Part shown: one piece after another, positions 24,912 through 36,782 of the stretch
How positions within the stretch are numbered: position 1 is the first letter of the stretch
Layout of the letters: each line of letters opens with the position of its first letter
Assembly: GCA_973895155.1 (NCBI GenBank)
Contig: OZ316891.1
Coordinates: forward strand, 20,472,169-20,536,168
DNA length: 64,000 bases
Direction: 5' to 3'
DNA from: Marsupella aquatica
Taxonomy: Eukaryota > Plantae > Marchantiophyta
Notes under the pieces: generated by a model
The model's database searches: none
Seen by the model: the letters and a program-made list of their open reading frames with translations, nothing else
Told to the model about the DNA's origin: nothing
Translations under genes and position numbers: made by a program

Positions 24912-27900
24912 ATGCTGATAAAATGCGTGCCCCTGGGTAAGTCTTTTGTGGGAGTTATGCGGTTCTACTTTTCCAGTAAGCACTGGTGTTATCACTTGAG
25001 TCTAGCAAATGTGCAACGTCAAGTTCACTACATCGGGCTCAGAATCTCGTGCGGAATTACGGCTGATTAATCCTGTGGCTAGTCAAAATTTTCCTTCTTC
25101 TGATGGTCAAGGCACAGGTGATGCAGTTTACACTGTCGATTCCGGTATGAAATGAATCTTAAGCAGTTCACGGTCGTCAAATTCTGCTCGTGTCTGCGTG
25201 ATGGTGGGACGGTTGCAAACACTAAGTAATACAACATACAAAAACTAAGAGGGCTAACAGACGGTCGCCCAGTTTGAATGGGTCGAGGACAAATACCCTG
25301 AAGTCCACAACTTGTCAAAGAGATATGTTGCCAATTCCAATTATCAACGATAGCGTCCTTTGTGCCCGGGTCCATTACTTTATACGACGTGGAATTCACA
25401 AATTCCTAAAGTTACGTCAGGCCTTTCTGAGGAGAGCTTTCAGACACTATGGAACAGTATTTTCTTCGCAACGGATAGCCCGGGTTTAGGGTTTAGGAAT
25501 ACAAGAAATATGCCCAGGTTAGTCTAGTTGTTAAACTAATTCCCAAGAATCAGAACACTTATTCCAAATTTTTTGAGGTCAGTTTCGGCACTTGAAAGGC
25601 TTACACTAACGATCTGGGCTGACGCACTTTTCTTTGTGAAGAAACTAAAATTCTTAGTACTATCTGCATGTTCTCGGGATGAAAAATCCAAGCGAGGTTG
25701 AGCAATGTAAGGTCCAGTCGTTATAAACTTATGAACTCGACGGCATCGGACAAACCCTTGATTGCTTGAATTGAGAAGGAAAGACTTCGTTTGACAAGTT
25801 GCAGTAATCGGGTTGAGCAGGTGCTGGGCAGGACGTCGGCAAAAGCTGTGTCATTGTCACCATTGGGGGCAAGAACATTATGTTTGATTGTGGCATGCAT
25901 ATGGGGTATCAAGACGAGCGACGATATCCCAAGTTTTCTTTCCTCTCTAAAGCTGGCAATTATACACAAGCTATTTCCTGTGTGATCATCACGCATTTGT
26001 AAGTCCAAACTACCCTATCACAGTGCAAATTATGTAACATGACTGTTGGCTATGTACATTTTGGGTGGTTTTTGTCGAGTTTGAAAGTAGATGACATCGT
26101 GCACGAGAATGGTTTGTCAGCTTTGTGCGGTTGAAGAGGGTTAGGGTTTAATGCCTAAATTGTTGTGCCCTGCCCTTTCTTGTAGTCACTTGGATCATAT
26201 TGGAGCCTTACCTTATTTTACCGAAGTCTGTGGCTACGATGGCCCTATCTACATGACTGTGAGTTGTTATTCTTTTATCTTTCACCATCTTGTTCCTCCC
26301 GGATACTTTTGCGCCGACTTTGGCAGTTTTTAAGTCTTTTAGTGGATTTTTGAGGTTCAGGGTTCAGGGTTTGGGGTTGAGGGTTTAGGCCCCCTAAAAC
26401 TGTTTCTTACGGATTATCATTTATTAATTGCAGTATCCGACAAAAGCCCTGGCACCCTTAATGTTGGAAGATTATAGAAAGGTTCTAGTTGACAAGAAAG
26501 GAGAGCAAGAGTTGTTTAGTATGGCGCAGATCCAACAATGTATGAAGAAAGGTACGGTGATCTGAACTCAGATATCTTATCTGCGTAGAACACATGGCCC
26601 GTACCATTTATATAAGCGAGGACTATCTGGATGTTTTATATGTTGTAACTGCCTTTCCGTAGGTGTGGAGGCTGCACTAATCGCGCCGTTAGCCCCTGAA
26701 ATGATATTGTTCACCCTTTCTGGGCTAACGAGTTGTTTTCTTTGAGAAGATACGATTCTCATGATGACTTAGTACCTGTTGATACGGGCTTCTTATGGCT
26801 TGGACATTGTGGAATTCCAGTGACAGCTGTGGACTTGAAGCAGAGTATAATGGTGGACAATGATCTGGAGATCCGAGCTTATTATGCTGGACATGTGAGT
26901 CGCATGGGTTCTAATTAGGGGATTGAATGGTTTTCTAGTTACACAAGTGGCTCCCTGAATTTTGAGCACTAACCTTAGAGTGAAACCTTTCATGTTTCCG
27001 TCTAAATTATCAAGCAAGGAATTGGAATGCCTGCTCTGTAATTCATGCGCAGTAGTTTCTTATTGTTACTGCCCCGATTTGCACGTCTTTGCTTAAGAAA
27101 GAGGAGCCGTCGACTCATTGACATTCTTTAAATGGGTTTCTGAGCAATGTTTTGTGCAAGGCAGGTGCTTGGTGCTGCTATGTTTTATGCTAAAGTTGGT
27201 GATGATTCCGTGGTGTACACCGGTGATTACAATATGACACCTGATCGACATCTGGGTGCAGCTCAAATTGATCGTTTAGAACCAGACCTGCTCATAACTG
27301 AGTAAGATTTTCTCACGGACCGGGATCAAAGAGTATGATGTGTACACAACAGATTAGATTTATGACGGGGGCAAGTTCTGCTTAGGGTTTTGAGTATAGA
27401 GAGCTATTGAGGAGGTATCCAGGCAGCCCTTAGACTTCATCGACCCTTCGAACTCGTCAATTTATGCGTCTGGATTCTGAAAGCACTCGCTTCTGTTGCT
27501 TCGTTACTGTCTGAACAGATCAACATATGCTGCCACTGTTCGTGATTCCAAGCGTGCCCGTGAGAGAGAGTTTTTAAAAAAGGTACATCTGTGACTTACT
27601 TGCGATGAAGTCCTATACATGGGTTGCACGGAAGCTTGTGTCCAGATTAATCATTTCCATTATTCACAAATAATTCCGTTGAATTAGACAGGGGAAGTGC
27701 CCGAGTCACCTTTTTTGTACAAACTAACGTTTTGAAATTTGTAGGGTTAGGTGTTAATTTCTAGGATTGGGTTAGTCGAATAAGGAATTCTCTGGGACAT
27801 GAAAGTATTGGCATCACAGTGAAAGTTTTCAGGTTGAACTCACAATGAATATCATGGCTCAAGGCTGGTCATGAACTCTCTGCGAGCCACTACGTTCTTT

Positions 27901-30900
27901 CAACTTGCTTTTTCAAGATGTCGTTTTATTGGAATGGCTGTAGAAGCCTCTTTTGCGACTTATTGAAACGAAGCGGTGCTGGTCACCGCGAACCTGTTCC
28001 TCGCATGTCATGCGTCATGAATCCCTCACTCATGCTGATGAATGTGTAGACGGTTACAGGTTCACAACTGTGTGGCTGCAGGAGGAAAGGTGTTAATACC
28101 TGTATTTGCTCTGGGTCGGGCTCAGGTATTTACGCTTATGCAACTAGATAACACACAATGATATTATTTCTTGATTCTCTCGTCGTCATTTTCTAACACT
28201 CTTGCATCCACACGGCTCATTAGTTCATATCATGTTGATCGCTTTTGAGTTGCTTAAGACGAGGTTCGACTGCAGCTGCCAGTCATAGTGAAAACTACAA
28301 TTTGAATGAGCACTTCCACAAGAGCTGTCGTTGCTCACGATGTTTTCTTCTCAGGAATTGTGTATTTTACTCGACGAATATTGGGAACGCATGAACCTCT
28401 CAATTCCAATACACTTTTCTGCAGGTTTTTTTTTCCTCAAATCATTCTCTAATTGATTCGTAATTGATGGTTGTGTCAGTTTGTCAAAGCTCTAGATGTC
28501 TTATGTGTTTCACTCTCAATTGTCGTTCCAAAGACGTGTTTAGTATATACGAGGTCTTTTTCATGAGCAGTCTATGTTTTGTATGAAGGCCATATCTGTC
28601 TCCACCTTTCCAAGCATAACAGGCACTGTGTATACTCTGGACGGACTACCGTATATCTTACATCTATTTCTTTCAAAGAAACAGGGTTTTCTACGGACTG
28701 TGTCTGGGTGAACAGTTGCTTCGTTGACCAATTAAATTATTTGGACAGGTTTGACAATGCAGGCAAATGTTTACTACAAGCTTCTCATCAGCTGGACGAA
28801 TCAGAAAGTGAAAGACACTTTTGTCACTCGTAATACATTCGATTTCAAGCATGGTGAGTTCGTCGGTAGCAAGCTGTCTGAACCAGACTGGCTGTAGTTT
28901 TTCTCGCATTAAAGGTCTTGAAGCTTCTTGAGAATTATCAGTGTACTTGGCAACTTGGATTCTGCACAACAGTTGTCAATAGTTAAATCATTTCCATCGC
29001 CAGAGCAGCCTACTTGGGTCGTCAGTAACTTGCCTATGCAACTTATCGTGATCACCTTCTTAGAGTGTGAACCAGAGGTATTATCACTCCGTGGAATTGA
29101 ACCAACTTCTGGATCTCTGTTTCATAAGTCTCCCTTTTTGAGTTTCTTGTATTCCGGAGGACCAGCTTTCCCTTATCAAGTCTCAAGAGATCAAATTTTG
29201 GTTATTCTCAACCAGAAAGCCCTTCCACAGCTTACTGCAATAGGCTATTCGTTGTCACAACAGAAGCGTAGCTCACGTTTTCATCCATATTCGTGCTGTT
29301 ACTCATAAGATGGAGATACTTTCTGAGTTTTGGAAGAATACGATGTTGTTATTAATGTGCAGTTGTTGCCCATGCCGGGCTTTGCTTTGGGAATGTGGGG
29401 CAGTGTCTCCATTCGATCAGACACAAATTGATGCACCAGGGCCATGTGTCCTCTTTGCAACACCGGGAATGCTGAGTGGGGGCCTATCACTAGAAGTCTT
29501 CAGACACTGGGCTCCATCAGAGCTGAATATGGTTGTAGTGCCTGGGTATGTCTCACTAAACACTCATTTCCGCTTGGTGCGTAGCTTTTGGCACAGGATT
29601 GTTGATTTTCACACCTCTATGCACAAATTGTTATGTCATGTATTGAACCGAATGGGTTGCTTAATGAATATCTTATGAACTTACCGTGAAAACTTTGACA
29701 TGCGATATTTTGGTGTGCTTGTGAGTTAACATAGTTAACATAGATGATCTGTATTGCACAGCTTTTGTGTGGCAGGAACTGTTGGAAACAAGTTGATGTC
29801 TGGGAAAACAACGAAACTTGAGATTGACAAGCGTGGCCCTGTGGATGTGAGATGCCAGGTTTGTTTGTTTTGACCAAACCTGGACAATAGATTAAGTCAA
29901 TCCAGCTGGTCGTTCAATCACCGATCACGTCTAATATCAATTTTTTCCTTTTGAGTTCATGGATAGTCTAACCTCTTCTGAGCTGCTGTTTGTAACAGGT
30001 TCATCAGTTGTCATTCAGTGCTCATACAGATGCAAAGGGTATCATGGATCTAGTAAAACATGTGAATCCACGAAATGTTGTGCTGGTGCATGGTGAGAAA
30101 CCGAAAATGGCGACATTGAAAGCGAGGATAGCATCAGACTTGGGTATCCCTTGTTTCGACCCTGCCAACCATGAAACAGTGGAATTTTCCTCCAGGTGTA
30201 CAGTGAAAGTAAGCATGTCCAAAGCGTTTGTCACTGCAAACATGGGAACTCCAGTAAGCATTGCAGACCGAATGCAACAGTCTGTTCGTGGAACAAGCTA
30301 CGGTTTACCCTACACAAAAGAGAGAGTCTCGGCTGAAGGAGTGGTTTTACTCGATGAGGCATCAAAACTCAAAATCCTACATACTGCAGAGGCACCTGTT
30401 TCCATGAATGTGAAACAGCACGACATGACTTTTACATGCGAAATTCCCATATTGATAGACTTCTGCAACGAGGAATCGGAGGAAGAGTCTAGGTTGCACA
30501 TTTCCAGTAGGTCTGGAAAAGTGTCTCCCAGAAACTTATCAGCCTGGCCAGGAGCTCAAGAACAGTTGGATAGGACGAACAAAGGAGCAGACTCCAGAAA
30601 AAGAGAGGGCATTGACCTTCAGATGGTACCTGAAGAAGTGGAAGACGTGTCATGGAAGAAGTATCGCATGGATGTTAAAAAGTCTCTAAGTCTAAATCTG
30701 GAGAGGGAGCCTGACATTGAGTCAGGAGAAGAGCTTGATTCAGCTGCTCAAGAAGATCAGGAGGCCTCCAGCCTATTCACTGTGAATAACAAGAACGCAG
30801 CCCCGTCCACAGGTTTGTCGCGCCTTCTGGATATCAATGCCGTGCCAGAGTCATCTAGTGAGATGGATGTGGATCATCCTGATCCAGAGCAGTTAGCACG

Positions 30901-31231
30901 CCAACAACTCAGACCACCTTCACCAATTTCGGTTCTCCATGCTTTGTATGTTGGACTGAAGGAATTGTACAAGCTGGGACCCCTAAAGCAAGAGGGAGAT
31001 TCCATCTCTAGTCGGTCATTCTGCTTGCAAGTCTGTGCAGAGAGTCTAGTAGATCCATCTTTCTCTGAGTCCCTGGGACTCAAAGTGGAGGGTTTCCCAC
31101 CTCCTGTTCCAGACAACAAACCTGGTCATGTCATAGTGGCTGTATTGGATTGTAGTTGGTTTTATGAGGACGATGCACTTGCCCGGACTATAGTGGACAT
31201 TTTGAGGCGTAGCAGGTTGAAAATAAACTAA
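24912..31231 (+). CDS. INTS11: Integrator subunit 11 / CPSF73-II, metallo-beta-lactamase beta-CASP endonuclease, 13 exons, 793 aa
   Basis: Exons 24912-24936, 25821-25998, 26186-26258, 26434-26551, 26821-26894, 27165-27301, 27519-27582, 28060-28125, 28355-28424, 28749-28853, 29404-29545, 29762-29858, 29999-31231; all GT-AG and phase-consistent (2382 nt). Motifs: [79 protein letters not shown]. Confidence 0.95.
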
Positions 31232-31870
31232 GCGAAATGATGTACCATCCGCAGTCAGTTTATCCGTCCCATTGGCAGTTTTGGTCTATAAGTTTGTGCC
31301 ACGACGTTGGATGGGACGAATGCGAGCGCAGTCCCATTTCTGTTTGTCCATTTCTAGCTCCATACAGGATGCGGCGGCCTTTCAGACCGATGGCAATATG
31401 AAATTGCCACCCGCCACTTGAGAATACAGTGGTAGATTCAGTCAATGAGCTCAATATGTTCTGTCCGGCAGACAGCGTAGTACTTGTGATGGAAGAGAAT
31501 TCAGCTCCCCATCCTACCATTTTTTCCCGGGAACTACTGGTTTGATTTTCTCGCTGATGGAATATATGAAGTCTGAGTTACAAAGGGTGACAGTTGCAGA
31601 AACAGTGGCGATATATTCTAGGTTTGCAATTGTTGTTCGTAGAAAGGATCCTTCAAGAAAAATCTACTTTGTTGCTGCTGTTTTTTCTTGAGATCGTCCG
31701 CAGGTGTCCCAACGTTCGCCGACATTATTGTGATTCGTCACCGCCGTAGAATAATCTCGTCTTCTGGGCCAGTTTGCACTCCAGGTCGTGCAATTCCCTG
31801 CGAGGTACACTTCTCGAAGGTTTTATCATTTGTAGATACCTCTGAAGTCAATAAGTAAACGCCGGCTTCG

Positions 31871-33220
31871 CTACAACAGAAATATAGAGCATGCGATATC
31901 TCTGAGAAACCTTTTGTACCTCTTTCTCTTATCACGTCTGGTAATTGCTCGCAAGACCTGGTCCTCTAGATTCCTCTCTGTTGTCTGTAGCACCATGATT
32001 TCTGTCCTCACAGTCTTGACACTGGCTGCAAGGTCCCTTTTCTTCGTCTCGGACATCAGACGAGCATCATGCAATCGCTGCTCCATAATGCCAACAGTCG
32101 TAAGGTTTGAACAGACCTCGCGGCTAATTGCCTCCTTCGCCGACATTAACCTTGTTCTTTCACGTTCGTTGATGTCGGTGTCTCCTTCAGCGTCACGTTC
32201 CGAGGCAGTGCCGAAATTTCCGTCTTTTTGCACATCACACTTCAACTGCCATAGACCATAGAGGAATCCGATTGTCGCTCATGAGCCATGACTCGCTATG
32301 CTACAGGTAGAGAAAGACACTATTTGTGGAGCGGCAATGGACTGTCAGAATGCATTCGGTGAAAACTCAGGAAGCGCGTGTCAAAACTCGTTGAACCTTC
32401 TGTGACGATGAATACGTACCAACTCCTCTCTGAATTTTAACGACATACTCAAATTGTGATGAAAGTCGCTCTTTCGGTGGTTCGTTTCTTCTCATAATAT
32501 GGTATAATATTCGGTGTAGGTGAGCACGAACCTCATCTGCTGGCTCTGCGTCCTCAAGTTTGATAGGTAATTCGCAATATCGGAGCTTGTGTTCAAAATT
32601 ACGAATCTCCGCCCCTTTGCAATCATAGAATTCGTGATTATTGTCTCTTGTTCTCCGCAGTTCTAAGAGCTCTTCATTTAAAGATCTGCGTCGGCAACAG
32701 GGATTTAGAACTAAAAAGTCAATAGATAACATTTCGAAACTCGAAAGCACCACAGAAACTCGAACTACCTCTGCTTGGATTCCAGGGCATTTAGCGCAAG
32801 AGTCGTAGCATCCCTCTGATCTTCTACGGCCTTAATTTCCGAGGTTATCTCCTCAGCTTTGACATAAAACCTGAAGCCAGTTTGCTGGAACTGCCGTGCT
32901 CTGGACTGCTGCTCCCGATGTTCCCTTCGTTTGGCAATGCAGATCACTCTCTCGGCCTGATGAACCGTCCAAGCAGTCATGAATCAACCTCAATCACTAT
33001 AGCATGATAGCCTGATCTCCGGGAAAGCAAACAGAGGAATAATTATCGTGGAACCGTCTTTCGGGCGTAGAAAACGGAGACCACTATACCAGTGATTGGG
33101 CTAAGGTGTGAGTCAGGAAGCTTCATCAACGAAAACGGTTGCATTATGCAAAGCGGGTTGGAAGGGGAACCATTCTGTCACCTCGAGCAGCTGCTTCCGC
33201 TGGTTTTGGCTGTCGACCAT
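31871..33220 (-). CDS. Coiled-coil protein of unknown function, about 251 aa, 4 predicted exons (start uncertain)
   Basis: Exons 33220-33182, 32956-32769, 32685-32532, 32245-31871 join in frame via GT-AG (756 nt): MVDSQNQRKQLLE|AERVICIAKRREHREQQ...ALNALESKQ R|SLNEELLELRRTRDNNHEFY...|LKCDVQ...; E/K/R/Q/L-rich, heptad-like. Confidence 0.65.
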
Positions 33221-33620
33221 AGCTTTCAATCGGGCCTGAAATGCAGCAGGTCCGACAGTAGCCATTTCAGCGGAACGGAATCACGAAATTTCCGGTAGAG
33301 GCACACTTTGCTTAAGAACTGTTTTCTGTCACATCGAGCAGCTGGTTCCGCTGGTTTTTACTGGCGACCACAGCTTTCAATCGGGCCTGAAATGCAGCAG
33401 GTCCAACCGTAGCCATCTCAGCAGAACGGAATCACGACATTTCCAGTAGAGGCACACTTTGCTAAGAATTGTTTTCTGTCACCTCAGCAGCTGGTTCCGC
33501 TGGTTTGGCTGTCGACCATAGCTTTTCATTCGGGCCTGAAATGCAGCAGGTCAGACCGCAGTCATCTCCGCGAAACGGAAGCACGAAAGGTTTCCAGTAG
33601 CAGAGGGACAATTTGCGAAG
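33173..33620 (-). repeat. Tandem triplication (about 150 bp) of an exon+intron unit at the 5' end of the coiled-coil gene
   Basis: Three copies of CATTTCAG|GCCCGA...CAGCTGCT..|GTGACAG; exon-like parts 33235-33182, 33386-33333, 33535-33483. Confidence 0.85.
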
Positions 33621-33685
33621 GAATGTTGCGAGATTGGACCCGTCTTCAACTTCATTGTGACGCGGGGCAAAGCGGTTGGTCTGGT

Positions 33686-34680
33686 TACAAAATCTTGTGA
33701 GATGACATCAATAGCGTTTTTTGTAAGCTAAACACCACAATACCACAATATGCAATGGTGTGGTGACGAAATCATTTGAGATGACATCAATAGAGTTTTT
33801 TGTAAGCTAAACACCACAATATGCAATGGTGTGGTGACGAAATCATTTGAGATGACATCAAAATCATGTGAGATGACATCAATAGGGTGTCTCACAACTT
33901 CAGGTAAGTACCAAAAAACCTAAAGTAATAGTTTTGGTCTGGGGTCAGGAGGAGTGTGAGGGCAAGCATTTTAGTGTCTGTCAATTTTTTTTCTTTCCGG
34001 GAAAACGCCCTTGAGGGCGATTGCAGGCAAAACAAAGAGGACTCAGACGCCCTAATAGGGAGTCTCAAAGCTTCAAAGGTGCAGATGATGTTACAAAATT
34101 ATGTGAGATGACATCAAGAGGGAGTCTCAAAGCTTCAAAGGTGCAGATGATGTTACAAAATTATGTGAGATGACATCAAGAGGGAGTCTCAAAGCTTCAA
34201 AGTTGCGGATGATGCTTTGGGCCATAAGCAAATGGCCACAACTTCTTTGGAGGGTCATGTAAAAGTTTTTTCTTTTCCACTACCCTCTACAATCTTTATG
34301 ACAAAAAGTTATGAATTATGAATTTGGTACTCTTTAATATTTTAGTGTCCCTATCTTTAACTACTAAGTTGAGGTCTATGAAATTTTGAGGCTTGAGACC
34401 TCCTAATAGAGTTGTAACCTGCAGTCAATGGTGGTCTGGTTACAAAATAATATGATGTCAATAGAGTTGTTTGTAAGCTAAACAACACATATGTGCAATG
34501 GTATTGTTACAAAATAATGTGAGACGACGGCAATAGAGTTGTTTGTAATCTACCCGCCATAATTTGGAATGGACTGGCTACAAAATCATGTGAGATGACA
34601 TCAAGAGAGTCATTAGTAAGCTAAACACCCTAACATGCAATGGTCGTGTTACAAAAGAATGTGAGATGACATCACTAGTG
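33686..34680. repeat. Minisatellite interrupted by TIR elements
   Basis: Many copies of ACAAAATCATGTGAGATGACATCAATAGAGTT..GTAAGCTAAACACCACAATATGCAATGG; a stray copy at about 36108. Confidence 0.85.
33884..34404. mobile_element. Two adjacent TIR elements (33884-34053 and 34057-34404), ANT-TSD family
   Basis: CATC-AAT-[AGGGTGTCTCAC...CAGACGCCCT]-AAT-[AGGGAGTCTCAAA...TTGAGACCTCCT]-AAT-AGAGTT; uninterrupted satellite units read CATC-AAT-AGAGTT. Confidence 0.75.
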
Positions 34681-35681
34681 TTGTTCTGAGGGCCCTCTTG
34701 CATGTAGTCAGCCCTAAGAAATGTGGCACCACATGACAGCATCCAAGTTTTTCATGGCACTACATGACAGTTCGAAACTAAGAAATGTGGCACTACATCA
34801 TCACAGTTCAAAACTTCAGGTCCCTACAAAAGAACATGGAAGAAATGACAGCATCCAAGTTATGGAGGTTTTTGTTATGCCTACAACTGCTCCTCAAGCA
34901 GGCCGGATGGCACATATTGTGGAGAACGAGAGGCAAGGACCAGAAACTTTCTGGCCCTTGAGGCCTGGTACTTTGAAATGTCAAAAAATTAAAAAAATAT
35001 ATACACTTTCCTTGCATGGTTCTTTTGTAAATCTGTATGCAGAAACGTGGAACCTCTTGCACAGTTCACATGTAGTCAGGCAACATATACTGTGGAAGAT
35101 TGAGATCTGCTATTTCCCTGTAGTTTGTTGAGTGCTAAGGGCCCATATTCTGAGGGCTGCACACATGCAAGAACACTATCATATAGCACGCCAGTTTTGA
35201 AACATAGCTGTTTGGACTTATTCACTCATAAAGGTTATTCTATCTTAAATTAAAAAAGGTTGTTCTATTGGATTTTGAGTATTCACTATTTAACTGATTC
35301 ATGAAAAAGAAGTTATCCTATCATATTTAAATGTATTGAAACAATGGTTTTGGAATGGAAGAAAGTGCTCTACCTTTGAAGTGAAAGAGCGGGTACAATA
35401 TTGTAATTTATGTTTGAAAGAAGAGTACAAGGATCTAATCTTGAGTGTACCTTCTTAATCTTTGGCTATATTGTGAGGGGTTCTTTGTTTAGGTGACACC
35501 TATTAGTCTTAAAGCCCCACTGGCCCCAATGGAAACCTTGGTAGATCCGGTTTATAAAAAAGTCCATAATGTTGTTTGAGAAAGTAAACAACTCCACTGT
35601 TTTGTCCTCCTCAAAGGCGATGGCCAGTGGCACTTTGGACCCATAAGCATTGAAAACCTTCTAAGCAATTGGAGGTAAATT

Positions 35682-35997
35682 ACGACTGTACCGTAGTTAA
35701 GGCTAACCTTAGTCACAGACTAGGTTAGTTTAGTCATGCTGCACACACACTCTACCCAAACGTTGTTTGTTTGGAGAGTAGGAACTCAGGCTTATTATTG
35801 TAGAGCCAATTGAGAGATAGGGAGAGCTTGTGCTGTGGATGTTTGGTATGGCCGGTCAGCTTAGAGTGTTGTAAAGCTCTTGTGTGTTCCCGTGGACGTA
35901 GTTTCATGTGGAGGTGAACCATGTATCTCTCGATGTCGATATTTGTGCATTGGATGATTCATGGGCTTGCCGTTGTGATTGTTGTTTATACTCAACA
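35682..35997 (+). mobile_element. 5'-truncated Copia-like LTR copy
   Basis: Aligns by eye with 5799-6113 (ACGACTGTACCGTAGTTAAGGCTAACCTTAGTCA... to ...CAACA); no TG start or TSD seen. Confidence 0.8.
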
Positions 35998-36438
35998 TAT
36001 AGCAGTGTCAAAAATATGCAATCCTACTCTTTCATTCCAAGGATTGTTGAAAGACTCGACCGTCTTCAACATCATGGGCAAAGTCCAGTCTGCTTACAAA
36101 CTCGCTTACAAAATAATGTGAGATGACATCTGTGATCTATTCTAACCCATAATACCCCTAACTTTTGGTGGGAAGACACTCTAGAAGTCCTTAGACATGC
36201 TAGATCCAAACTTTTAAACTCATAAAACATAACAAGCAAAATACACATTTATATATAATTTTGCTGTTACAATATTTAATACTGTACTTAACTCCAAACA
36301 CAGAGGTGTATTATATTGAATATTTTATGCTACAAGATATTATCCTAAATTTATGATGTATAAACCGATTTGAATATCAGGTGTTTTTTGGTTTTTGTTT
36401 TAGTACTATTGAATTTTTTATTAATGATGTCACTGATA

Positions 36439-36782
36439 TGTTAGATATTGCTCTAGTCTTGTGACTCATGAGCTAACCATAGTTAGTCTAACTCGGGTTA
36501 GGACTAAGCTAATGTTAGCGATAGTGTTGTTGTGCATATAGCTAGGGCTGATGCCCGACCTTGGTGAAACTTAGGCTCATTGTTACGGAGCTAGTTGAGA
36601 GATAGGGAGAGCTTGTGCTGTGGATGCTTGGTATGGCCGGTCGTCCTAGAGTGCAGTAAAGCTCTTGTGTGTTCCCGTGGACGTAGCCTCATGTGGAGGT
36701 GAACCACGTATCTCTCTATGTCGACTATTGTGCGTTGGATGGTTCACGGGCTTGTCGTTACGAATGTCGTCTATGCCCAACA
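36439..36782 (+). mobile_element. Solo LTR, Ty1/Copia-like
   Basis: TGTTAG...CCCAACA flanked by identical 5-bp TGATA; 3' two-thirds near-identical to the LTR at 5769-6113. Confidence 0.85.

Noticed and set aside
24912-30000. U12-type introns in INTS11
   Set aside because: No donor matches RTATCCT; all are GT-AG U2-like, although the donor at 28425 (GTTTTT) is weak.
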